Counted from the stretch's first letter, positions 51,339 through 63,114 are shown. The stretch: DNA of 64,000 bases from Octopus bimaculoides (GCF_001194135.2 NC_068997.1:9074262-9138261), one strand, 5' to 3'. Numbers and translations: made by a program. Notes: generated by a model not told the origin, from the letters alone.

Positions 51339-51996
51339 GTAAAAGATAATATTTTGTTAGATATATTTTTAATGAACATTTCACAACCTCTTTCGTTCTT
51401 TTTCTAAGGTCTTCTATCAATGCCTGAAGTCATTGTTTTTGTGTGATGATTTTTTTCATCCTAGTAACCTCATCTATGGAGATGAAACATTTTTAACACT
51501 ACATTTTAATTAGTTTGATCTCTGTTCTAGCTGGAATCCTGTCTGGTTCTGTGTATGTAACTAGGAATAAGAAGGGACATGATGATGATGATCAGAGATC
51601 AAGCTTGTAGACATAAATATTAAAACCAGTTTCATTTCTAAAGATGAGGTTAACAATAAAAAAAAAAAAACATTAGAATCATGTCAACATCAGCTCATTT
51701 TAAACATTGAAGGCATTATTACTTGATGTTATTGTGTATGTTTGTGAAAGTATTGTAGAGCAATGAGACTAAACCCAGAACCATGTAGTTGAGAAGCGAA
51801 CTTCTCAAGACACAGCCATGTGCTATTAAATAACAGAACAAAGCACTTACTACAGTCACAGAACTCAATTTTCTCCAAATTTGTTGTTAGAGGATAATTT
51901 ATTAATTCATAACATTATGTGTACTAAAAATAAAAAATAAAAATCTATCTTATACTTTTAATTGAAAAATCAACAAAAACACTTCTTATTTTGCAG

Positions 51997-52166
51997 CAAA
52001 TTTTATTTAATATCAACAAGGCAATCTGTTTAAGGCTTGATAGTATAGAAAACAAGCTTGAAAATGTTGGATTACGAACAAAATATTTGGAAGTTAAACT
52101 ACTAGAATTGGTAAATCAGAATAAGAGTGGCAATAGCAATACAACTTCATACGCTACGAAACGAGG
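51997..52166 (+). CDS. BANP: BANP coding exon 4 (coiled coil)
   Basis: QILFNINKAICLRLDSIENKLE matches human FLYSINQTICLRLDSIEAKLQ; TTGCAG| acceptor, GG|GTAAGT donor; 170 nt. Confidence 0.93.
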
Positions 52167-52338
52167 GTAAGTAATTTGAGGAGAAAAATTGTTTTTGAAT
52201 GTTATATGGCAAATTTTGTAGACTCCTTTAAAATTTTAATTAAATGCTAATGAAGTATTTTTTTGTGTTTATATAGTAAACATACATTTTAGATTGAGAT
52301 TTAAAGGCAATTTTGGATTTTTTCTTGAAATATTTCAG

Positions 52339-52403
52339 TTCCACATCTCCTTCACGGCGTTCCGGTGCCCTTATTGTTGGTCTTCCACAAGACAGAAATA
52401 GTG
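52339..52403 (+). CDS. BANP: BANP coding exon 5
   Basis: TTTCAG| acceptor; (G)STSPSRRSGALIVGLPQDRNS; G|GTATGT donor; 65 nt, phase 2 to 1 bridges flanking exons. Confidence 0.75.
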
Positions 52404-52499
52404 GTATGTCTTTTTTCGTTTTTGTTTTTATTTTGACTATTTTACTGTTTCATTGATTTTGAATTTATTTCTAAGTAGTTTCAATGTTGTTTGTCTCTG

Positions 52500-53073
52500 G
52501 CTCCCATAACTTGGGGTAGGGTGAGTGAAAAGTTTTCTTGTTATGTGTGGGTGGGACACACACACAGGTCAGGGGCTAGCAGATGGCAATGATACAGTGA
52601 GACAGGGCGTGTGGGTGGAACACACAGACTGAGGGCTAACGGAGAGCAATGATACAGTGAGACAGGGCGTGTGGGTGGAACACACAGACTGAGGGCTAGC
52701 GGAGAGCAATGATACAGTGAGACAGGGCGTGTGGGTGGAACACACAGACTGAAGGCTAGCGGAGAGCAATGATACAGTGAGACGGGGCGAAGAGAACAGG
52801 ACTAGGGAGTGAGAGGTAAGCCTAGTGCATGAAGCAGAAATATGAGGAAGAGAAGTGATGCAGAGATGTAGTTTGGTTTGTTGTGGAAGGGTGTGTGAGA
52901 GGTTTTCTTGTTAAATGTGGGTGAGACACACAGCACTTCTAGAATTCAGTTTTGCTGACATAGGCAGGTCTTCTCAACAACCTCTTATCGCCAGACATCT
53001 TGGTCCATTGACCCAGGAAGACGTGGGATGAAGTGATAAAGACTGATCTCAAGATGCTGGGCCTCACGGAGAA
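52500..53073 (-). mobile_element. RTE LINE 3' end with 5' inversion and internal 60-bp VNTR
   Basis: Minus MDQDVWR*EVVEKTCL + 3' UTR; plus-strand PRKTWDEVIKTDLKMLGLTE at 53011-53071. Confidence 0.75.
52545..52788. repeat. 60-bp tandem repeat, ~4 copies
   Basis: gtgtgggtggaacacacagactgagggctagcggagagcaatgatacagtgagacagggc aligned in consecutive 60-nt lines 52561-52790. Confidence 0.97.
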
Positions 53074-53100
53074 TATATGTATATATATATATATATATAT

Positions 53101-53289
53101 GATTGACCGTTGACTGAACACTATTCAATTTTTTTTTCTCCGTGTTTTTCTCCTTGTCTCCGTATTCTTTCTGTTGAAGAGCGTAGCTCGAAACATCAAA
53201 GACTTTCCGTATTCCCGAGCGTCATACTAATATATACTTTTGTTATTTACACCACCTGTCCTCGTCTGTTGTTATTATTTGTATATTCT

Positions 53290-53291
<2 letters not shown>
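53101..53291 (+). mobile_element. Penelope-like element terminal fragment between (TA)n tracts
   Basis: Carries ctgttgaagagcgtagctcgaaac, the typical PLE pLTR ctgangaa...cgaaac signature; microsatellite target. Confidence 0.55.
53166..53202 (+). ncRNA. Degenerate minimal type-I hammerhead ribozyme motif
   Basis: TCTTT-CTGTTGA-A-GAGC(GTA)GCTC-GAAAC-ATC-AAAGA: stem I 5 bp, stem II 4 bp, GAAA, NUH; A6>U and probable CpG decay in stem III. Confidence 0.5.
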
Positions 53292-53357
<66 letters not shown>

Positions 53358-53635
53358 CATCATCATTTAATGTCTGTTTTCTATACTGGCATGGGTTTGA
53401 CAGTTTGAAGGAGTTGGCCAACTGGAGAGCTGCACTAGGCTCTAATTGTCTGTTTTTACACAGTTTCTACACTTGGATGCCCTTTGTTGGTAGTCTAATT
53501 ATGCTTAGATAATGATTAGGGTTTCTAGTTTTGGGAGGTTCTGACACACACATATGATTGTGACATAATTTAGTAAGCAAAGACAATCATGCATTATAAA
53601 TTTATGCTTTAATATATGCTTTGTTTGTTTTTCAG

Positions 53636-53659
53636 AGGATGAGAGTCAATTTCAGAAAG
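53636..53659 (+). CDS. BANP: BANP candidate 24-nt microexon (EDESQFQK)
   Basis: TTGTTTGTTTTTCAG| acceptor, AAG|GTAATT donor, phase 1-1, open frame; not required for frame. Confidence 0.5.
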
Positions 53660-53679
53660 GTAATTCATATTTTACAATT

Positions 53680-54120
53680 TTTATGTCTTTTGGTCTTTAC
53701 CCATCCTTCGCAACCATAGGTGAGTATATGAAGGGGTGCTGAAAAGTTCCTGGCCCAACCTTCCGAGTTCTTTTACAGGGCTTAGAAAAACTGAAGGACT
53801 GCTGCAATAAGTGTGTGAATCTGAAAGAGGAATATGTTGAATAAAATCATAATTAACTGATCCTCCTGTATTTTCTTTTATCCAAAGCCACGAACTTTTC
53901 AGCATCCCCTCATCGGTATGAAAACCAAATTGAAGACAGCAAATTTGGCTCTGTTTTTTTTACTAACCTCTCCTCTTCTGAGGATCGAATGCTGAACTGG
54001 TACACCTGCAATTCTAGCATCTAATTCAGTCTTCTGTCTCCAATCACTTGTGAATACAACTCTGAAATACTTCAACTTTTCCACTTGCATCAGTGATGTA
54101 CCACAAACGTGCAAAGTGCA
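53680..54120 (-). mobile_element. RTE RT remnant interrupted by a mariner MITE
   Basis: LMQVEKLKYFRVVFTSDWRQKTELDARI...AKFAVFNLVFIP | LTYGCEGWVKTKR resumes on the other side of the insertion. Confidence 0.82.
53727..53912 (+). mobile_element. Internally deleted mariner (MITE)
   Basis: TIR ta-tgaaggggtgctgaaaagttcctggc / gccacgaacttttcagcatcccctca; retains transposase C-terminus CNKCVNLKEEYVE*. Confidence 0.85.
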
Positions 54121-55449
54121 CTGGGAAGGCTTTCTTTAAAGGACCAATGTGTCTCAGTTTTCTCAACATGTTACATGAAGATAAAATCCTCTTTATTGAT
54201 CAGAAAAAAATCATATGTTTAAGGGATATTTTCAGTGACTATGTTGAGAATGACTCCTTACTGACTAACAATCATTTTGTAACTATGCAGCCTTTTTTAC
54301 CTAACACACACACATCCACACCTTATTTTTGTATTTATTTTTTTTACTGGTTTAATTTATTCAAAATAATATTTTCATTTCATCTTCTTTACAATTCTCA
54401 AACAAATTAATCGTTTTTCAAAAAAAAAAATTACATCTCCAAGTTTCACTCCCCACCACCTTTAGTGTTTTTATCCTTGTTTACATAGTTCAGATGTTTT
54501 TTATTGAACCAGTTGATTTTACAGCTGGATGCCTCTCATGCCAATAGCTACCTAGTTGTAAAATATGCCATGTGTATCTGTCTTACCTTTTTTTAGATCA
54601 TGCAGTGTTATTTTATTTAATTTCCTTTTTAGGAATAGATTCTGATATCTTACAAACCATGCAATTAGAAAACAAAGACAAGAAAGGCAGTATGTATATA
54701 AATTCTTTGATATGTGTGTTTATGTAATCTTATTTTCTTAAACTTGCAATTTCTGTCTGTGGTTAACTTTTAAAGCTTATGTATAAATTGCAGTATACAT
54801 CATTATCATTGTCACCATTTACCACTCATTTTCCCATTTGTGCATGGTTCAGACAGAATCTGTTGAGGCAGGTTTTCTATGGCTGAATGCTCTTCCTGTT
54901 GCCAACCATCAACTTATGTTTTCCACGGAAGACTGGAAACAAACAACCTTGCTTGTATGATGATGATGCTCATCTACAACCATCACATGATGATTGTCTA
55001 GACAATGGCACATGCAAACATATATATATATATGTATATATACATACATATGACAGGCTTCTTTCAGTTTCCATCTAGTAAATTCACTCACAAGCCTGGA
55101 GCTGTAGCAGAAGACTTTTGTTCATGGTGCTGTGCAGTGGAACTGAACCCAAGACCACGTGGTGGGGAAGCAAGTTTCTTAACCAGACAGCCATGCCTGT
55201 GGCTATATCTTAGCATAATAATATTTTATCCATCCTCTAATATACATATATAAACATACACACACAATCATCATCATTTAACGTCTGCCTTCCATGCTGG
55301 CATGGTTTAGATGGTTTGACAGGAGCTGGCCTGGTAGAAGACTATACCAGGCCACTGTGTCTGTTTTGACATGGTTTTTATGGCTAACACCAACCAACCT
55401 GCAGAGTGCACTGAGTGCTTTTTACGTGGTACCAGCACATAAAAAGCAC

Positions 55450-55488
<39 letters not shown>

Positions 55489-55613
55489 TGCGTGTGAAAT
55501 ATATTTTACATTCAGGGTGTAGCTATTTTGCTTGTTTTTTCCAACAACATCCAGTGTAACTTGCACATTTAAAATCCAAATTTTTTTCATATATTTTTTA
55601 TTCATTTTTTCAG

Positions 55614-55706
55614 AGTTGTTGACTCCCAGTGATTTCAATTCAAATGTGGATAGTAACTTCAGAAATATTGGTCCAAATGTTACATTAATAACATTAAATT
55701 CTGAAG
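55614..55706 (+). CDS. BANP: BANP coding exon 7
   Basis: (E)LLTPSDFNSNVDSNFRNIGPNVTLITLNSE matches human SIGSNVTLITLNSE; TTTCAG| and G|GTAACT; 93 nt. Confidence 0.93.
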
Positions 55707-56114
55707 GTAACTATATTCCAGTTTCACTTTTAGATTTGTGTTTTCTGTTTTATTTGTGTCATAATTGTTAATTAAAAAAAACAACAAAAAAAAAAAAACT
55801 ATCCAGAAAACTCATTGGGACACTTTTAGCAAAAATTATGTAATAAAGTTTGCTAACTTTTAAAATAATTTAAAGAATTAGAAATAGATAAGAATAATTA
55901 AGTCTATAAGCTTGCATTGATTTTGGTATTGAGCTGCACTTTTACAATCAACAGTCCTACCTCTCTGCTGTACCAGAGTGCCAATGGCTGAGTATTCTAC
56001 TGACATGTCTCTATTTGTCTGTCTGTCATGATGATGTATGGTTACACAAATATAACTGCTTTTCAGAACATTTTCTTATGATTTTTTAAAAATATTTCTC
56101 TTTTCACTTTTTAG

Positions 56115-56190
56115 AGGATTATCCAAATGGGTGCTGGCTTGGTGATGAGCTTAATCTTGAAATGCGGGTGCGTGTGCCTATATCTTCAAG
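56115..56190 (+). CDS. BANP: BANP coding exon 8
   Basis: (E)DYPNGCWLGDELNLEMRVRVPISS matches human EDYPNGTWLGDENNPEMRVR; TTTTAG| and AG|GTAAAT; 76 nt. Confidence 0.95.
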
Positions 56191-56756
56191 GTAAATATTT
56201 TTATTGCTAATAAATCACATCTCCTTTTTAACTTTCTAACCTTTTCTGTTCCAACCTGTTTTTGGCCTGTGATGTGAAACTGTTCATTTTTAAAGTTTAC
56301 ATATTTAAATTAAAACCTTTTGTTGTGATTTTATGTAAGAACATTTTATGAAGTTATTTTCCAAACACTAGTTTCAAAATGACAAAGTTATTTTAGTAAA
56401 TTCCTGAAAATTCTTGTGTGGCACCTTGGGTGAGTGTCTTCTATTATAGCCCCAAGCAGACTAAAGCCTTGTGAATGAATTTGGTAGACAGAAGCTGAAA
56501 AAAAACTCATCATATCTATCTATTTATGTGTGTGTGTGTGTGTCTTTATGCTTCTGTTTGTCCCCCATCATTGCTTAACAACTGTTGTTGGTATCTTTTT
56601 TTTTTCAGACAACTTCAAGGTCTGGTGTCATCTCCTTAGAAACAACTAATTTTCAAAAGGAATTCTATGATGTTGATATTAAAAAAATCATTCTGTTAAA
56701 CACAGAATACTTCAATCTTTATCTTTTGTTTTGAACTCCTATTTGTCTTCTTTCAG

Positions 56757-56920
56757 TGACCTTCTTCATATTCATTCTAATTGTCGAACAGCTGAAAAAA
56801 TGGCATTGACTCTACTTGATTATTTGTTTGACCGAGAAACACAAGCTTGTTCTAATCTGTCTGGTATGGGTAAACATGGCAAGAAGCAGTTGGATCCTTT
56901 GATGATCTATGGCATATGGT
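56757..56920 (+). CDS. BANP: BANP coding exon 9 (BEN domain N-half)
   Basis: DLLHIHSNCRTAEKMALTLLDYLFDRETQACSNLSGMGKHGKKQLDPLMIYGIW, near-identical to the human BEN domain; 164 nt, phase 2 to 1. Confidence 0.97.
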
Positions 56921-57133
56921 GTAAGTAATCCTGTAAATGTGAACTTTTATTAGTTTGTTTATAATTGATTTCTGATACAATGTCATGCATTTTAGAAGAA
57001 GGTATAGGCGTTTTAATTGATAATGGTACTTGACTGGTATTTTATTTTATCGACCTTGCAATGTTTATGTTTTGGAAACAAAATTAATATTGATTTGGTT
57101 TTGCAGAATTGTAAAAAATATTGCTTTGTTCTT

Positions 57134-57164
<31 letters not shown>

Positions 57165-58920
57165 AAAACTTAAAAAGTATTCAATTAGTGACATTTACAT
57201 CATAGTTAATTTTTTTTTTGTATTAAAAATACATTCCCTCTGCTAAGTCACCTTGAGCCAGTGTGGCAGAGTAAGCTTATCAAGCTCAAATTTATAGTCT
57301 CTACATCAAACTGTGGTTTGTGGAGAGAACATGCTGAGCCCTTTGTCCTGCAGTGGACTGAACATTAGCAATCCAATCCAAAAGACACATTAAATTATAC
57401 AATACAAATATATCCAATTGTGACCATAAGCACCAATATTTAAATTTCAGAATACTTAAAGTCTTCACAGAAAAAATTATTTACAAAGAGAAATTTTATG
57501 CTAAGAAAAATATTGACTAAGAATTTCTTTAATAAAAATTTTTAGTCTATATTTTCTGTGTAGATTCAATCAACAGAAATCCAATCAAAATATCTTTGAT
57601 GTTTGACACTGCAATAATCAATGAACTGGATTGAGAATTATTATATGATTTTGAAGTGATATAAACATGAAACATTAATCAATGCAAATCCATTTTGTGA
57701 TTGAAGAAATGTACAACAAGGTTTCTTTTGTTATTTCTGTGTGTAATGTAACTGTGTGTATATTAATTATTATAGTATGATGTTTATCAGTTGAAACTAG
57801 CTTGATTCCCATCAATCCTTTCTATCTATACTCCCTTTTGGGGATTAGGCAAAACTGAGTATTTTAATGGAAAACTTCAAGAATTTATGTTTGTGAAATT
57901 TTAGAAATTTGGATGAAGCAAGCAACATTGTTTAGAATCTACAAACGTTTTCTGTCAAGTTTTCTAAGCTCAAACATTAACCCGATAGCATTCAGATTGC
58001 TCTGTCAAGTGTTATACCTGTTTATTAACAATGTTTTGAATTGATCATGCATTAAGATTTTGATGATGTGGTTGTTTAATTTTAGAATGACATTATAGGG
58101 TAGGTGTGAGAGGCTGGATCTGGCAGGTTTGAAAATAAAATAGGTAGAATATTTGGGCCTGATGTAGCCAGTTTAAATGCTTAAAAGGTTAAAAGAGACA
58201 AGTTGCCTAATAGAGAAAATATATGTAAGAAAAAGATAGCTTTGAAAAAATGTCAATAATGATTGATTTTCTTAAAAAAGCAAATTTTAGGTCATAATGA
58301 CTTGAGGTTTTATTGATTTATTTCATGAAGAAGCATTTGAAGAGACATTGAGTGAATAAGCAATGATCCAGATAAAACTGCAGTCTAATATTGTTGATTC
58401 TACTGTTTGTTCATTCAATCAAAATGCATCTTCATCATTGAATGTTCAGGTTCCATGTTGGCATGGGTTGGATGGTTCGACAGGATTCAATGGGTCCAAG
58501 GACCACATTGTGCTCAAGTGTCTGCTTTGGCATTATTTCTATGGCTGAATGCCCTTCCTGACACCAACCACTTTACAGCTTGTATGGGGTGCTTTTTTTG
58601 GACTACCAACACTGGTGTGGTCACTATATAGCTTGCAAGACCATGAACCCCAAGGGAGAGGAGATCGACTTTATGCTAGCAGGTGAGGGGTTAAATCATG
58701 AGAGAAGGTTGGTGCAAAGACAGTCCCACTTTTTGCAGGAGTGGGTTATAGACAATTGAATCAATCTTAGGTATGCCATTGGTATTTATTTTAACAGAGA
58801 GATGAAACAAAACACCGATACTATGTCTAGTGACTTGCTACTTCCGCTAATTCACTGCCTTATTATTGAACATAATATCGAGTTTGTTTTATCTCTGCTC
58901 TAAATCAATCTATATTAATC

Positions 58921-59393
58921 TTAACCCTTTAAAATTCAAACCAGCCATATCTGGTCCCTCATATCTACTTTCAATGTCATTCTAAAAACAAACAATCACC
59001 ATCATCGTTTAACATCCTCTTTCCATGTTGGCATGGGTTGGATGGTTTGACTGAGAACTGGTAAGCCAGTAGGCTGCACCAGGATCCAATCTGATCTGGT
59101 AAGGTTTCTACAGCTAGATGCCCTTCCTAATGCCAACCACTCCGAGAGTATAACTGGATGCTTTTTACGTGCCACTGGCATCGGGGCCAGTCAGGTGACA
59201 CTGACATTGACCACGCTCGAATGGTGCTTTTTATGTGGGGAGCCAGTGTGGCAGCACTAACATCAACCACACTCAAATGGTGCTTTTTATCATTATAATT
59301 GTGAAGCTATGAGAAAATGTATGATTAATTCAAAACAATGTGAAAAAACAAGTATTAGATTTGATAGAGTAATCTGAATGCCAGAAGAGTTAA
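58921..59393 (+). mobile_element. TTAA MITE P1 with nested family A RTE 3' end (59006-59288, minus strand)
   Basis: MITE halves are collinear with the 14849 copy; TSD ATCAT at 59001-59005 and 59289-59293. Confidence 0.8.
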
Positions 59394-59450
59394 ACTAACT
59401 ATTTAAAGTTGTCTTTTAATATCCTAATGGTTTTTGTCTTTCACTTTTAG

Positions 59451-59701
59451 GTCATTTAATACAACGGTTTAAGATCAATGAATCTGACTGGCAACGAATC
59501 AAACAGAACATAGACTCCAAATGTAGAACAGCTTTCCGGAGAAAGTTAAGAGGTTTGCCTCTTGCTGTAAAGGCTTTCCGTGGAAGAGCCCCACCAAGTT
59601 ATGTTCATAACGCAGGGTTTAATTTTAATTCAGTCGTGAATTCACAGAGTAATTTTTATGATTCAAATCTACATGAAGACACAAAATTTCATATACAACA
59701 G
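59451..59701 (+). CDS. BANP: BANP coding exon 10 (BEN domain C-half)
   Basis: Not in the ORF track. (C)HLIQRFKINESDWQRIKQNIDSKCRTAFRRKLRGLPLAVKAF matches human HLFYKFGITESDWYRIKQSIDSKCRTAWRRKQRG; donor CAG|GTGAGA; 251 nt. Confidence 0.96.
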
Positions 59702-60677
59702 GTGAGAAGCAATGAAAATATTTCTCTCTAATTATGCACTGATGAATATAGCATCAGACATCGGATGCCTGTTTTTTAAAAAAATTTTTTTTTATATATT
59801 TTGTCTGTTTGTATTCAGCCAGTTGATTAGGTTTATAAAAATTTAGAAACATTTGTGATGTTTATACATTTTCCCGATACATTGTTAATGTAAGTGACGT
59901 TGAATAGCTATGACTAGGATTGAACTTGATTGGCGACTCAACTTTCTGGGAAATTTTTCTTTATCCTGTAGTGTTTGTGAATATTGTAAAAATATAAAAG
60001 GAAAATAATCACCACAAACTCTCAAACATATAAAATACATAACACATTTGTGCACACATACAGTTAAGTACGGTTAATAAAAATATTATTTGACCCTTTC
60101 ATTACAAAACTTCTGTTGAAATACAATGCTTTTGTTTCAATTAATTTTGAAAATAATGAAGAATTTATTAAAATAATTTTGTCATTATTAAGTTGGTGTT
60201 TGTAATATAAATGAACATGGATCATAGATTCAAGGGTTCTCTCAGACAGGTTAATATGATAAGGTATAAAGTGGATGATATGGAAAGATGATATTGTATT
60301 AAAAGTAGTGTTGATGAGCGTGACAGGACCAGCGGAACTCTGAACTGTATTCTTTATTGTAGCTCATTTGGTACTTTACTAATGTGCATTCCAGTGCCAC
60401 AATTCTCCCTGGTCAATCTTGCTTGACACCAGAAATGCAATGAACCAGTGATTCTTCCATTGGAAATCTATAGCAATGAAGGGAAGCTATTATTCACAAC
60501 ATGCATGAATAAAGTAGTATTGAGTACATCCATAAGAGATGTCATCTTGGGACGAATATTCATCCCATGGCTAGGAAAAATAAAAAGGCATTATCACCAT
60601 CATCATCATCATTTTTGCCATTTATTAATTTGTGAGTGAAACCATGTTGAATTGATCTATTTCTTCTTATTTTGCAG

Positions 60678-60830
60678 CAGAGTGAACTAGATATTCAGCA
60701 AGCTGTTACAATGCAAGGTGAAGCCTTACAGCAAGGGGAGATTCAAATCCTGCATGCTACACCAGAACAGATATCACAGCTACAACATGCACAGCACATT
60801 CAAATTTTACAAGGTGATCAAGTCATACAG
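60678..60830 (+). CDS. BANP: BANP coding exon 11 (Q-rich region)
   Basis: QSELDIQQAVTMQGEALQQGEIQILHATPEQISQLQHAQHIQILQGDQVIQ; CAGCAG tandem acceptor; donor CAG|GTAAGA; 153 nt. Confidence 0.88.
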
Positions 60831-61971
60831 GTAAGACATTCATTTGTAAGGTGCTATACAAATATATTTCTGTTTGTGCTCCATTCCAGGCAACGGCTTG
60901 TTTTACTTTCCCTCTTTGCCTTTTTCTAAACTAAAATTAGGCCTCCTAAGATAAAACCACTTTTTCATGACACCAACACCTTTGAGATTGCCAAGTGTCT
61001 CACAAGACAAAGGGAAAAAAAATCCTTGACTGAGTTGGGTTGTAACAGAGAGGAGGTTGTGAAATATAAGAAGAGGAATATAAGAGAGAATACAAAGGAT
61101 TGGGATTGTTGGGTAGATAAGGTCATAAGAGTGTAAGAGGTGAGTGACAGATGGTTTAGAGAGAGAGGTGAATGGAACATTGCTGGAGATGTGGTTGATG
61201 GTTATGATTAGTCCACATTACTCTGTAAGGGAGAATAGGGTCAGTTTCCTGGTTTATCTGGTGTATATGTTCCTCCCTGGATAGGACACTGGTCTGTTGC
61301 AGGATTTTTGCCAGTTGAGTAGACTGGAGCAATGTGAAATGAAGTGTTTTGTTTAAGAACACACTGCATCGCCTGGTCCAGAAATCGAAACCACGATCTT
61401 ATGATCATGATTCCAACACCCTAACCATTAAGCCATGCACCTTCACTATTACTGGAGGTGTGGTGGATGGTAAATATCAATATAGTAGGTAAGGTGAAGG
61501 ACATAGGAGTGACTCAAAGGAGGAACAGTACAGGAAGGGCAGAAAGCAGTAGTATAATAAATTATAACAAACATGTAGATGGAGATCAGTAAAGAGGGAG
61601 ATGATATGCAGATGGGAGAAGCAGGGAGGTGTACCATGACAAATGGATGTCAGCTAAGTTGGAGTATATCATTGGTGGAAATGGTTACTGCTATTTTCAG
61701 AAGTCAGGTACCTACCATTGACAAGGCCAATCCAGTAGTCCTGGCAGCAGAAATGGTGGTGATTGTCTCCTGCTAGCAGCATAAACAAGAAATGCTTATA
61801 TGCATGACAAAACCATATGAGAGATTCTCTCATGGTAAAATTTGCAGTATTGTGTGTTCTAACACAACATTCACTTTTAAGTGGGGATAAATATTACCTT
61901 TTGGTATTAATACTGCTTCTGTTACTATTATTACACACACACACATACACGCATGTGTAAGTGTGTGTATG

Positions 61972-62010
<39 letters not shown>

Positions 62011-63114
62011 NNNNNNNNNNNNNNNNNNNNNNNNNNNNNNNNNNNNNNNNNNNNNNNNNNNNNNNNNNNNNNNNNNNNNNNNNNNNNNNNNNNNNNNNNN
62101 NNNNNNNNNNNNNNNNNNNNNNNNNNNNNNNNNNNNNNNNNNNNNNNNNNNNNNNNNNNNNNNNNNNNNNNNNNNNNNNNNNNNNNNNNNNNNNNNNNNN
62201 NNNNNNNNNNNNNNNNNNNNNNNNNNNNNNNNNNNNNNNNNNNNNNNNNNNNNNNNNNNNNNNNNNNNNNNNNNNNNNNNNNNNNNNNNNNNNNNNNNNN
62301 NNNNNNNNNNNNNNNNNNNNNNNNNNNNNNNNNNNNNNNNNNNNNNNNNNNNNNNNNNNNNNNNNNNNNNNNNNNNNNNNNNNNNNNNNNNNNNNNNNNN
62401 NNNNNNNNNNNNNNNNNNNNNNNNNNNNNNNNNNNNNNNNNNNNNNNNNNNNNNNNNNNNNNNNNNNNNNNNNNNNNNNNNNNNNNNNNNNNNNNNNNNN
62501 NNNNNNNNNNNNNNNNNNNNNNNNNNNNNNNNNNNNNNAAAATATCCAGACTGTTAGATGATAAAAGAAAGGACAGGAAAAAACAAGGATGGATCATTCG
62601 GAGCCATCTATCATCAGTCGAGTTCCAGATTATCCATACAGTTTCGGCAGGTTACACTAGAGAGTGCTTCAATCTGGCCAGCCCCAAGAAAATCTAAGCT
62701 AAGAGCACTAGGTTCTTTGGAAGAAAGCAAGTGATTGTATACGAAAACAAGGATGAAAAAAATGGAGAAATGTTACACAACTACAAATACAAGTAACAAG
62801 ACAATAACAACAGGTGTCTTTCGACTAAAGACGAATTAAATTAAGCTGGCGTGTGTGGAGTGAAGCCTTATGACAGGAACATAAACGATGAAAGCCATGG
62901 GAAGGAATATAAGAGATGCTACACGGATGGAAGTTGAACCAAGAAAGAAAGGTCAGGCTTGGCAGAACACTGGTCATGTTGAAGGAGAGGAGAGACGTAG
63001 GAGGCAGAGGGATTGAAGAATTACACATAGACATAGTGTTAAAAGCTAAATCTATATTCCTGCTAATCTAAAATACCATATATGTCTTCTGTATTCAAGA
63101 AATTGTATGTAAAT

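Noticed and set aside
62600-62700. Hammerhead/PLE-like ccagattgaagc...ccgaaac...atctgg on the minus strand
   Set aside because: Core, stem II and NUH cannot all be satisfied; at most a heavily decayed PLE end next to a gap.
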